A stretch of DNA of 64,000 nt from Eledone cirrhosa (lineage: Eukaryota): contig OZ024758.1 of NCBI GenBank assembly GCA_964016885.1, forward strand, positions 2,108,001-2,172,000, in the 5' to 3' direction. Made by a program: the position numbers and the translations under genes. Shown here in pieces: positions 40,101 to 50,949 of the stretch. Under the pieces are notes generated by a model. The model was not told where the DNA came from. It ran no database searches and worked only from the letters and a program-made list of their open reading frames with translations. Position 1 is the stretch's first letter. Each line of letters begins with the position of its first letter.

Positions 40101-43100
40101 GAGGGGGGTGAAGGAGGAGAAGGAGGGAGGTGTTTGAAGGGGTTACATGAACCTTATCTATGTCTTTCAGTAAGTATAGTGAACCCCTCAAATAGTTAAT
40201 TACAGGACTAGGTTTTATGGAGAAATAAGTTGAGGGTCTTTAGTCGGGAAATATATAAGTTGTGAAGATGGCTCTGTGGTTAGGGGATTCAGCTCACAAT
40301 CATAAGGCCATGAGTTCGATTCCTGGTGGCACACTGTGTCCTTGAGCAAGACACTTTACTTCACTCAGCTGTAGAAATGAGATGATAGGACTGGGGTCCC
40401 TATCATTAAATCACCCAAGACACCTCCAACGAGATATACCTTGGAGGAGGCCAGCTAAACCTGCATAGGTGTGAGCTGTCACACACACACACACATATAA
40501 GTGGGTCTCTGGGATATATTCTTCACATACTTCCCCTCCCCCTCACATAAACATAGTCTGTAAGTTTCATTGTTGTTTGTTATGTAATTCAGCAAATTGA
40601 AGAATCCACAAATTGCTGGCATTGATGACACAGTTCTATGGTTGGAACATCAGGCAGATATGTTAGAAGAAGATAAGATGGAGTTGTCACATGAAGACAG
40701 AGGCTTATGTATCTATGTGGATGGTCTTCGAATGTTGCCAGATAATGCTTCTATTATTAAGGTAAGCCAGAGGGCGGTGGATTGGCAGTATCGGAAGAGG
40801 GTCGGATGCCATGTTTTGCAGCATAGAGTTACGGCTCTTTACGATCTGAGTGCAATTCCCGCCGAGGTTAACTTTGCCTTTCATCCTTACGGGGTCGATG
40901 AAATAAAGTACCAGCAATACACTGGGGTAATTGCTGGCCTTGTGCCAAAAGTAGACACAATTATTCTATATATAGTATTATATTTTCATGGAAGCATTTA
41001 CATTACTCTATATTTACTATTGTATTTTCACAGTAAAGGCTTTACTTCACATAATATCTCACATAACATTTACAATACTCTATATATACTATTGTATTTT
41101 CATAGTAAATGCTTTACCTCACATAATTATTTCACATAATATCAAATCTATGAAATTTTGATATTATTTATTTTATGAATTATACCTTAACATAAGTATG
41201 AATGGCAGATTAGGGCCTGTTTGATATTTGGTGGTGGTGATGACATGTTAATGATGATGATGATTTAGTACAGTACTGTCGACATATTCTCTAACTCAGC
41301 TGTGTTATATTTCTACTTCCAGGTAGTACCTTATCTTGTCCAGTCCTCAAATTCCTTAACAATGAGACTGGTGCCAACATATCCGGCCATCAAAAGTAAG
41401 GCTCGTTGTCCAGTGTTTGCCCCAGCAGACCGCTACATTATACAGAAGATAGAAAGCCTAGCCGCGGACACTTTTCTATTATTTACTGTCTATACTATTG
41501 ACACTAACTCTGGCCAGTTGTGTACTCTGGGCAATGCTTTAATGTTACTCAACAAAACCTACACTGATGATGATGATGTATGTAGACTTTTGAAGTTCAT
41601 TTGTTTTTTAAACTGTTCTTTCATCATCATCATCATGTTCAATATTACCCTCACCAATATAAATACAGCCTCTCAATCATCTTAACTCTTTCACATTTCC
41701 ATTACTCTATATATACTATTGTATTTTCACAGTAAAGGCTTTACCTCACATAATATCTCACATAACATTTAGATTACTCTATATATACTATTGTATTTTC
41801 ACAGTAAAGGCTTTACCTCACATAACATTTCCATTACTCTATATATACTATTGTATTTTCACAGTAAAGGCTTTACCTCACATAACATTTACATTACTCT
41901 ATATATACTATTGTATTTTCACAGTAAAGGCTTTACCTCACATAACATTTACATTACTCTATATATACTATTGTATTTTCACAGTAAAGGCTTTACCTCA
42001 CATAACATTTACATTACTCTATATATACTATTGTATTTTCACAGTAAAGGCTTTACCTCACATAACATTTACATTACTCTATATATACTATTGTATTTTC
42101 ACAGTAAAGGCTTTACCTCATATAATATCTCACATAACATTTACATTACTCTATATATACTATTGTATTTTCATGGTAAAAGATTTATTTCACATAATAT
42201 CTCACATAATATTGAATCTATGAGATTTTGATATTATTTATTTTGAGAACAATACCTTAACATCAGTATGAGTGGCCAGTTACAGCCAGTTTGAAAAGAA
42301 AGAGGTGAGAGAATCCTGGCCAGATATGGCTGGTTTAACATCAGTATGAGCAGCTGATTATAACCGGTTTGAACAGAAAGAGGTGAGAGATGATGGTGGT
42401 GATGGTGATGATGGCGATGATGGTGATGGTGGTGATGGTGATGGTGATGGTGGTGATGATGGTGATGGTGATGGTGGTGATGGTGATGATGGTGATGGTG
42501 GTGATGATGGTGATGGTGATGGTGGTGGTGGTGATGATGGTGATGGTGGTGATGATGGTGATGGTGATGGTGGTGGTGGTGATGATGGTGATGACGGTGA
42601 TGGTGGTGGTGGTGATGATGATATATGTCATGTGCTCTTGTCTCTGATATCTGTCTCCATAACCACACTGTCCTATTATTTCTGGAGGCGCAGACGTTCA
42701 TAATTTCCCCGACTAAAATTGTTTATGCAGGCCAATCATTATGATGACATCTTTATTCATTATTGTATTGGACATATTTTATTAGCTTTTGTCTAATTAA
42801 AATTATTGAGAGATCACAACTATTGATTTTCAGGTGTATAGATTAGAAATCATAATTTGATTGTGTTTTTGTATATAACAGGTGAAATTTTGCTCTGGAG
42901 GTTATCAGCTGAGGTTAAGAAGTGGTTCTTTGGACATGACTACAAATATCAAATCTTCATGTTTGGATAATCTTCCGATTGTTCCTGTGGTGTCACTTCT
43001 AATCCGAATTTTACCATTCACTCAGGTAGGTCAGCATCTGAAGAGGATTGGGTCAAAGAGGGAGCTGTACCATCAGGTTTTTGGGGGTACCTTCAGCAGA

Positions 43101-44210
43101 GTTTACACTCCTGCAAATATTCAAACCAGTCTTTGGTTTAAGGATATCCTTAAACCAGTCTTAGAAGCCCTAAAAAGGATGATGAGAAATACCTGTCCCT
43201 TATTGCCTAAACATTTAAAAAAGAGTTGTTAAACTTGTTAGAAATAGCAGCCAAATCTCTATTAAATCACACCCTATTGTTTTAGATTTAACAAAATGTG
43301 GGCAATGTAGTTTTAGATATAGAAAAAAATGGGCTGGTCATGGCTGGAATGCTTTTGATCATAGGTCTGCTTAATGAAGTTCGACCATGGGCTAAACAAT
43401 AGCAAGAATACCTGTAGATGATAAATACTGTGTAGGAAGTGAAGGTTGATGTATAAAGTTATGTCATAGATGGAAGTAGTTTAGTCCTGAGGAGGCGAAG
43501 GGGTTCTTCTTTACTCTATTGTAAAGTGTTAGGGTTGGTACCACAAAGGATACCTGTGCTGCTGTCCTGAAAAACGTACCCAGCACATCCATGGTGCAAC
43601 TCCCAACCCCACAAATTCTCCATGTTTGTTCCTTATCTTACAGGATCCAGAGAAGGCCCCTACCTACACTTCAAGGTACTACCATTCCAATCAGTGTAGA
43701 CCAACCATCTCAGAAGAAAGAATATTTGGAAGTTTCCAGAAACATTCTAAATTATCAGAAACATTCAGGAAAACCATTCACAAGTTGCAACTCTCTGAGG
43801 ATATACAAACAGGTGAAACAAACAATATACTCTCCTTTCTGTTATGGAAGACAATTAGCAGGTTAATTGATTGATATTGGGCAGTATTGATGTGGTATTG
43901 GAAGTATTGATGAGGTATTGGAAGTATTGATAATGTATTGGAAGTATTTATAATGTATTGGAAGTATTGATGAGGTATTGGGAAGTATTGATGAGGTATT
44001 GGGAAGTATTGATGTGGTATTGGGAAGTATTGATGTGGTATTGGGAAGTATTGATAATATATTGGAATGTATTGATGAGGTATTGGAAGTATTGATAATG
44101 TATTTTTTTCAATCTCCGAGGTAATAACAAAAGCTCGATTTGTTTCAGTTGATCTCGTAAAGAATTTCTATTATAACGGAATTTCACTGTATATATATTG
44201 ACAAAGTTTG

Positions 44211-44268
<58 letters not shown>

Positions 44269-44294
44269 ATATATATATATATATATACATGTAT

Positions 44295-44364
<70 letters not shown>

Positions 44365-44443
44365 ATATATGTATATATAAAAAAATCAATAATAATATAT
44401 ATATATATATATATATAATAATATATATATATATATACATGTA

Positions 44444-44514
<71 letters not shown>

Positions 44515-47500
44515 GTATATATGTGTGTGTGTATGTATCTAGCTGTTGAAACAGCAGGAGCTCAGCCGTTATATAGTATAAACTTCACTTTTCCTTTGTA
44601 AATATCCATCTTCAATTTCCTATTAACAGACCAGACAGAATCTAGAATGGTGGAATGGTGCAAGATAAAGTTGTTTACAGAGATTGTTGTTAATCCACTC
44701 CCTGTCCTCAATATTAACCAGTTTATATCATACAAATTAGATATTGGTCTAAAAGTCTCCATTGAGAAAGCTTTTAATCTGAAAGGTATGAAATCATTCT
44801 GTTGTTTTTGTTGATTTTTTATCCATTTACTTTTGTTGTTGATTATTATATATAATGTGGAAAAGTGATATATGTAAGAAGACTAAAGAATATATGTATG
44901 TATAATATATAATATATTATATATATATATATATATATAATATATTATATATATATATAATATATTATATATATATAATATATTTTATATATATATATAT
45001 ATAAAAAGAAGTGTAAGTCAACAGGTTAAAATTAACTTTGTTTATTCATAATCGCTGTTATATATATTTCAGTGATAGCCATTATTCAACAGCTATGACT
45101 TCATCAGACAGCTACAACTTGAACCAAAAAACATAATGGTGGAACAAAGTTTACCTCTGTTATTTCGATCTTTTGATATGCCCAGTCCCACTTTGTTCCA
45201 CCATTATGTTTTTCTGTTTTTTCCTGTTCAAGTTTTAGCTGTCTGATGAAGTCATAGCTGTTGAATAATGGCTATCACTGAAATATATATAACAGTGAAT
45301 ATGAATAAACAAAGTTAATTTTAACCTGTTGACTCACACTTCTTGTTTTATATATATATATATTTATATATATATATATATATACATATGATGTGTCAGG
45401 CATTTGAGGTGGTTGCTAGGATACGTAGTGTCAGATATTTGTTATGGTTGCTAGGATACGTAGTGTCAGACATTTGAAATGGTTGCTAGATAGACAGAAA
45501 GTTATGACTTTGCCCTCATCTATAGAGAGAGGGGGAGCACCAAGTGAAAGAGATACATATAGATAGAGAGAGGAAGTGTGTGTGTGTACAAGAAAGAAAG
45601 ATAAGACAATGTCATCTAGTATATATAAGATGGTTTGTTGTTCCAGAGAAAGATCTGTATGTTCAGTGTGTTACCTATGTAATATCAGATGGTGTAACGG
45701 CACCCATGTCAGAACATGTCAACACCAACAAATATTTTATTACATTGAAACAAGATGTCAGCTGTCCCCTTCATTATCCAGTTTGGCAAGATCCACCAAC
45801 TGTAAGTAGTTTTGTGTCTATTTCTTGATATACCACATGTCTGTATGATATACCACATGTCTGTATGCTACACCACATGCCTGTATGCTACACCGCATGT
45901 CTGTATGATACACCACATGTCTGTATGATACACCACATGTCTGTAGATATACCACATGTTATATTTTACACAGTTTTACAGCCAAGATTTTGTCAACTTC
46001 AGTTGATAGAGCTGGGAAGAATGTTGATGTCAATGATGTCATACCAGTAATATCAGTGACAAATCTATATTTATCTATGGTAGAATCACTTTAGTATAAC
46101 ATTGACAACGAACTGTGATTTGTTGGATTATTATTTAATGAGTAAGAATAAATATTGACATACATAAGAAAAGTCAACCTCCAAAGTCTGGTCATATTGC
46201 AATGTCTGATGAGAAGATTTACTGCTGCCCTGTTCAATACCAATCTGTAGTAAATAGTTACAAAATCTATATTCTGACTGTTTTGTGTGTTTTGCTTTGT
46301 ATCTGGTTTTTACTGATTTTAAATATATTCTATTGATGCAATAACATGTTAAAATGTATATTTTGTTGCAGGTAATCCACCCTTTATATGACAATAACAC
46401 CTGCCTGCTAATCCAAATGATAGGATTAAAGATTATCTCTCCAGGGTTTCAAGAATCTCAACCTTTAAATTTAAAAGATTTCAAAGGGATTCAACTTGGT
46501 CCTGCCAAGTTTGTCTGCTGGACAGCAGTAAATATTTTTGAAGGGTGAGTCATTCCTTTATTTTTGTTGTTACGTAGCCCCTAAAATAAAAATAGGGGCT
46601 TCGCTGACATTCTACTGGTGATATCTTTACAGGCTTTCCTTCATTTCAATTTTGGTTTGGTCAAAACTATTGATATATATGTGTGTTTGTGTGTATCTAC
46701 ATGTATATACATGTGTATACATGTGTCTATATGTGAGATAATTATTTAAAGTAAAGACTTTACTGCAAAAATACAATAGTAAATATAAAGTAATGGAAAT
46801 GGTAAAGGGTTAAAGCAGTATCCATATGACACAGTATTGAAACTGATTTATTTTCTCTTATATATTTTCAGGGATTCTCTGAGAAGTGGTCACCATTATC
46901 TTCCTTTAATCTCTGGACAACCATCTGAGGAAACACTCCAGCAACTTTCAAATATGTCAGCACACTCTGTCTTCAGAGAAATACAACCACAATGTTGCTA
47001 CGTGGGTCATTGTTTTCATTCTTTTACTTTTTATTCCATGTTTATTTTTCATTGTATAAGTCAGGCAAGGAAGAGCCATGACCCTTTACAGTGGCTCTCA
47101 CACTAAAACAGGGAAGAAAGAGTTGTACCTTAACCCTTTTCAGTGGCTCTCACACTAAAACTAGGAAGGCAATCTCAAACCGAAGACCAGGATTGAATGC
47201 TTGCAACAGAATTGACTCTGCTAAAAGTACTCAATAACCAAATAATGGTGTGAGATTGGGTGATGGATTAAGCCTATCAGTTAACCCTTTACCATTTACA
47301 TTACTCTATATATACTATTGTATTTTCATAGTAAAGGCATTATTTCACATAATATTGAATCTAAGAGACCTTGATATTATTTATTTTGAGAACAATACTT
47401 TAATATAAGTATGAGCAGCCAGTTCTAACTGGTTTGAAGAAAAAGAGGTGAGAGAATTCTGGCTGGATATGGCCGGTTTAAATACTAAAGGATTAAGTAG

Positions 47501-49206
47501 GTTATAGTACCATATTTGATACAAAATGTGTTGAAACATATTTGGGGAAGGTCATGTTGTCCTAATATTGCCAAAAATAGTAAAACACACTCATTGTTTA
47601 GTTAGATTTTCACTTCAGTATATTTCTACAAATAATTTAGCTGGCAATTAATGTTTATAATTGATTGAACAACAGTTAAAGATATAAATATAATTTCTCA
47701 AAGTTCTTTTGTCACACATTTCTGAGACATCTTCAGTGATTATCGTTGTGTTTCCTTCTGTTTATAATATTATCTCTGTGTTATTCTCATACACTGAGAA
47801 ATCACAGATTTGAACCTGAGACATCCAAGTTTGGCTCTACATTTCTTCTGTCTTATCTTCTTCGTGTTACAGGGTACTGCCAGCTTATTCCTTTCAATCT
47901 GGGATGGACATTTTGAATTTGAAGAACTTCCCAAGATAATGGTAAATGTTCTATAAATAATCTCCTGCATTTATACACCCATTCTCTACACTTATACACC
48001 CATTGTCTACATTTATACACCCATTGTCTACATTTATACACCCATTCCCGTCATTTATACACCCATTGTCTACATTTATACACCCATTCTCTACAGTTAT
48101 ACACCCATTCTTTACAGTTCTACACCCATTCCCTACATTTATACACCAACAGGATTTGAACTTAAAACGTAAAGGGCCGTAACTCTATGCTACAAAGCAT
48201 GTTGTCTGGCACTCTGCCCTTATCTGACTAATAATAAAACCAGTGGACCTCAATAGGTGCATGTGTTTTTATTGGCAACATGACTCTGCTAAACTCTAAT
48301 AATATTTATAATGTGGAAAGAGATATAAGGCTAAACAATGTAAAATAGACGATATGATGAAGGTAAACAAAACATTTAGTTACCTGGTAATCTTTGTTGG
48401 TTTTTGTTGTTTCTTTTGTCCTAATATTTCGGACTTAAAATTTGCTTCTTCAGAGTTTAAGAAACTCAGAGAAAACTGTTCCAGTTTCTTCTGATTGGAA
48501 TTAAATTTAATAATATTTATCTAAATATTATATAATAATAATATTTATATTAACACCCACCCATCATAGCAATAACTTATTTTCTTCTCTGAAACACCAG
48601 TAAACCATTTGGAAAAGAATGAAATACTTGTATCGGCACAACTAAGCTATGTAACACAAATGTTAAAACTTGCATGAAATTATGTTAAGTTTTTTTTTAA
48701 ACAATGCATTTATTTTATTATATTTTTTTTTATCTCCTCAGAGTTATAAAGAAATGTTGAATACCGTGGGTGATATCGAAGACTATGAGAAGAGAGATTT
48801 TAAAGGAACTCAGCTTAATGAAAGGAGAGATACACTTTCTGATATAATTGGAAACAACTGTGATGGGAATTCCAGCAGTTTTCTTCAGAATTTGAATGAC
48901 TTTGAAGAAATCGTTACAAAAAAGCTGGAACATCTTATGGTAAGCATGACATTTTATAATGATTTTAAATTTTAATCCTGCATCTTAAGCACAGAGGTTT
49001 ATTTCAACAGAATAAATTTATCTCCAGGTTTTGTATTTCTCACACTTATTTTTCATCATCATTGTTTCAAGTCAGTTCAGGTGACCACACCTTACTCATA
49101 AAGATCTTTATATATATGTGTGTGTGAGTGTGCATTTTTATATATTTATATATATATATATATATCTTTATATATCTCTCTCTCTATATATATACATACA
49201 TAATAT

Positions 49207-49269
<63 letters not shown>

Positions 49270-49345
49270 TTATTATGTGTATTTTTTGTCTAAAATACTT
49301 ATATTACTATTTATATCTTTATTGTAGACATCCAGCTCTTTGTGA
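23500..49345 (+). CDS. Uncharacterised ~1322-aa protein with TBC/Rab-GAP-like segment and C2-like segments, 26 predicted exons
   Basis: Phase-consistent exon chain: 23500-23613, 28224-28333, 29325-29460, 30369-30456, 31301-31514, 32366-32489, 33840-34017, 34719-34897, 35659-35820, 36075-36236, 36580-36695, 37304-37556, 38031-38304, 38742-38903, 39824-39884 (GC donor), 40593-40761, 41323-41577, 42882-43025, 43644-43812, 44630-44785, 45647-45801, 46372-46544, 46872-47001, 47873-47941, 48742-48939, 49328-49345 (3969 nt, no internal stop). TBC-like motifs [33 protein letters not shown]; C2-like motifs [32 protein letters not shown] at 49520. First and last exons are least certain. Confidence 0.85.
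23755..23985 (+). mobile_element. tRNA-derived SINE family A (representative copy)
   Basis: A box TGGCAGTATCGG, B box GAGTTCAATTCC, core GCCTTTCATCCTTACGGGGTCGATAAAATAAAGTACCAG (resembles the Meta/MESC-type SINE core, from memory), (TTA)n tail. About 20 copies or fragments, e.g. 9603-9785, 16305-16515, 16742-16865, 19660-19810, 25572-25760, 30634-30835, 31557-31775, 33384-33597, 36839-37032, 39509-39728, 40772-40962, 54907-55045, 60212-60400. Confidence 0.85.
24262..24563. repeat. 33-bp tandem repeat, about 9 copies
   Basis: ATAAGTTAGTTAAGGTGGGATGTAATGAATCCT. Confidence 0.95.
26195..26426. repeat. ~27-bp tandem repeat
   Basis: TTTTACTACAAGAAAAGGGCCATAGGT variants. Confidence 0.9.
26690..27080 (-). 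mobile_element. 3' end of a restriction-like-endonuclease non-LTR retrotransposon (R4/Dong-like)
   Basis: Reverse strand encodes [57 protein letters not shown], followed by a (TAA)n tail. Confidence 0.8.
27588..28022. repeat. 27-29-bp tandem repeat
   Basis: AGTTATTAAGGGTCACGTCAACCTTCATT variants, about 15 copies. Confidence 0.9.
28526..29010. repeat. 17-18-bp tandem repeat expanded inside a decayed family-A SINE
   Basis: GCTGAGGTCAAACTTT units, flanked by a SINE head (28470-28525) and the core remnant CATCCTTT. Confidence 0.88.
29489..29826. repeat. 24-bp tandem repeat, about 14 copies
   Basis: ATAATGGTACCATTGTCATATAAR, containing the palindrome AATGGTACCATT. Confidence 0.95.
35268..35570 (+). 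mobile_element. RTE-like LINE fragment
   Basis: [22 protein letters not shown]; homologous to 4970-5250. Confidence 0.75.
38965..39195 (-). mobile_element. R4/Dong-like reverse transcriptase fragment
   Basis: [13 protein letters not shown]...WNTNL...[13 protein letters not shown] resembles the RT motifs AFDSVPH and GIFQGDSLSPLLF. Confidence 0.7.
41682..42390 (+). repeat. piggyBac-type MITE with internal 60-bp tandem array
   Basis: CATAACATTTACATTACTCTATATATACTATTGTATTTTCACAGTAAAGGCTTTACCTCA repeated about 8 times, then a normal MITE 3' half. Confidence 0.9.
42389..42621. repeat. (GAT/GGT)n trinucleotide microsatellite
   Basis: Direct reading. Confidence 0.95.
44212..44535. repeat. Long interrupted (TA)n microsatellite
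   Basis: Direct reading; many other (TA)n, (CA)n and (CT)n tracts occur across the window. Confidence 0.95.
45054..45112 (-). ncRNA. Type I hammerhead ribozyme motif, left arm of fold-back element
   Basis: Reverse strand reads GCTGT-CTGATGA-AGTCATAGCTGTT(GAAT)AATGGCTATCACT-GAAA-TATATATA-ACAGC; intact core with stems I and II paired. Confidence 0.75.
45238..45296 (+). ncRNA. Type I hammerhead ribozyme motif, right arm of fold-back element
   Basis: GCTGT-CTGATGA-AGTCATAGCTGTT(GAAT)AATGGCTATCACT-GAAA-TATATATA-ACAGT; mirror copy of 45054-45112. Confidence 0.75.
47965..48148. repeat. 21-bp tandem repeat
   Basis: CATTTATACACCCATTGTCTA variants. Confidence 0.9.
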
Positions 49346-49705
49346 TGTACAGTTGGAACAGAAAAGACAATATTGATTCAGTGTCACCTATAGATGTCTA
49401 AAACTGGGTGACATTATTGGTCTGATAGTATGTTAGTCGATATCAGCCTTTAGACTGCCTATGGTTTCGACGATTTACCTAAAAGTACCACATAAAATAG
49501 ATGGCTTGTAAAACAGAGAAATAAATATCTCTGTTGGTATGATGTTTGTGAAGAATGAATAGATTAGACAGAGACCAGAAAATATGTTTATAAATTATGT
49601 TAGTTTTTAATAATTTTTTGGTTTATATTTTGTTTCTTTTGATTTGTTTAAGACTTGTTTTACTTTGATATTGTGATGACTAACAACAGTTTTACTTTGA
49701 CACAT

Positions 49706-49760
<55 letters not shown>

Positions 49761-49780
49761 CATACTTATACAGATATACA

Positions 49781-50050
49781 CATAGGCGTAACTAGGGTAA
49801 AACAAGCATGGCACATTCCATGGGTGCCACTTGGACCAGGAGCAATTTCTATTTAAATCAGATAAGCTGTCGTTGGAGAGTGAAGAGGGAAACTTCTTCA
49901 GATGTATGATCTGTCTCTGATTATCAAGGGTGAGAAGTACTATAATAGCTGGAGGCTCATAGGTTATCTCAAACATTGGTGTGAGATGTTTGGACAGGGG
50001 TGCAATTTCTCTGCTTGCCATAGGTGATATTTTCCCTAGATACGCCTCTG
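49781..50050. mobile_element. hAT-like MITE
   Basis: TIRs CATAGGCGTAACTAGGG and CCCTAGATACGCCTCTG; imperfect 8-bp flanks GATATACA and GATACATA. Confidence 0.65.
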
Positions 50051-50061
50051 GATACATATAT

Positions 50062-50428
50062 ATATATATGAATGTATATATTATATATTTAATAATATAC
50101 TGTATGTTTATTTAAAAACATTTTGAAGGTCTTTTGCTATGAATTTAAGGTAGCGACTACAGTCACATACCGAGATTCCGCACAAAAAAAGGGAAATAAC
50201 CGACGATCCATTGTTTCTCACTGTTTAGCGGTTATCAAGGTTATATACCGCCTCTGGTTTTGCTGTGAGCGAGAAACAATCGATCGTCGGATATTCCCCT
50301 TTGTTTGTGCTGAAGCTAGGTATGGGACTATAGTCGCTACCTTAAATTCATAGAGAAAGGCCTTCAAAATGTTTTAAAATAAACATACAGTATATTATTA
50401 AATATACAATACATACATTCATATATAC
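50062..50428. mobile_element. Fold-back element with ~155-bp inverted arms
   Basis: Left arm ATTTAATAATATACTGTATGTTTATTT...GAATTTAAGGTAGCGACTA...CCGACGATC.ATTGTTTCTC is mirrored by GAGAAACAATCGATCGTCGG...TAGTCGCTACCTTAAATTC...AAATAAACATACAGTATATTATTAAAT; TA-rich flanks. Confidence 0.85.
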
Positions 50429-50628
50429 ATCACTATTTCAGAGCTCCAACAAAAATATATATAAATGTGGTTGGTGTTAGGAAGGGCATCCAGCTGTAAA
50501 AGAACCTGCCAGAGACACTTCCGTACGAGCAAGACATGGTCTCCCGACCATTCCCGCATCAAATGGAATAAAACCGTCTAACCCATGCTAGTGTGGAAGA
50601 TGGACATTAAAAGATGATGATGATGATG

Positions 50629-50659
<31 letters not shown>

Positions 50660-50751
50660 TGTAGGTAAAAGGTAAACAGAAATAACAACACAATCGGTAC
50701 AGTATATGGAAGGGATATATTAAGTTAATGCTTGAAATAGCAGGAAGGGGG

Positions 50752-50787
50752 TCTTAACGTTTCGGATGCTAGTCCTTCATCGGAAGA
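50752..50787 (-). ncRNA. Hammerhead motif with core mutation (CCGATGA), second copy of the 22.1 kb element
   Basis: Reverse complement is identical to 22116-22151 except CTGATGA to CCGATGA; flanks ~50660-50860 are homologous to ~22040-22215. Confidence 0.6.
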
Positions 50788-50949
50788 AAGAATGAGAAAT
50801 AGGATAGATTGAAAGGACCGGTGGGTTGGAATTGGAAAAAATGACTTTAGGTAAAAATAACAGGTCCATTCACATTTTATCTATAAAAAAACCCAGCAAA
50901 TAACGAACATCAGTGAATGCAAAGTGTTAATTTGTATTTCCTGCCATAT

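Larger units (their letters stand above)
45001..45350. mobile_element. Fold-back element with ~150-bp inverted arms inserted in (TA)n
   Basis: 45005-45150 is the near-perfect reverse complement of 45190-45345; ~40-bp spacer; TA microsatellite on both sides. Confidence 0.85.

Noticed and set aside
42234-42703. Poly-His and Gly-Asp ORFs
   Set aside because: (GAT/GGT)n microsatellite within an intron of the large gene.
45411-45490. Repeated GGTTGCTAGGATAC resembling an RFX X-box
   Set aside because: Lies in a short intronic tandem repeat far from any predicted TSS; no support for function.
47715-48456. Two further CTGAAGA...GAAA patterns on the minus strand (about 47715-47740 and 48420-48456), and one near 8470 (+)
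   Set aside because: Stems are weak or the cleavage triplet/core is broken; may be decayed copies but not supportable.
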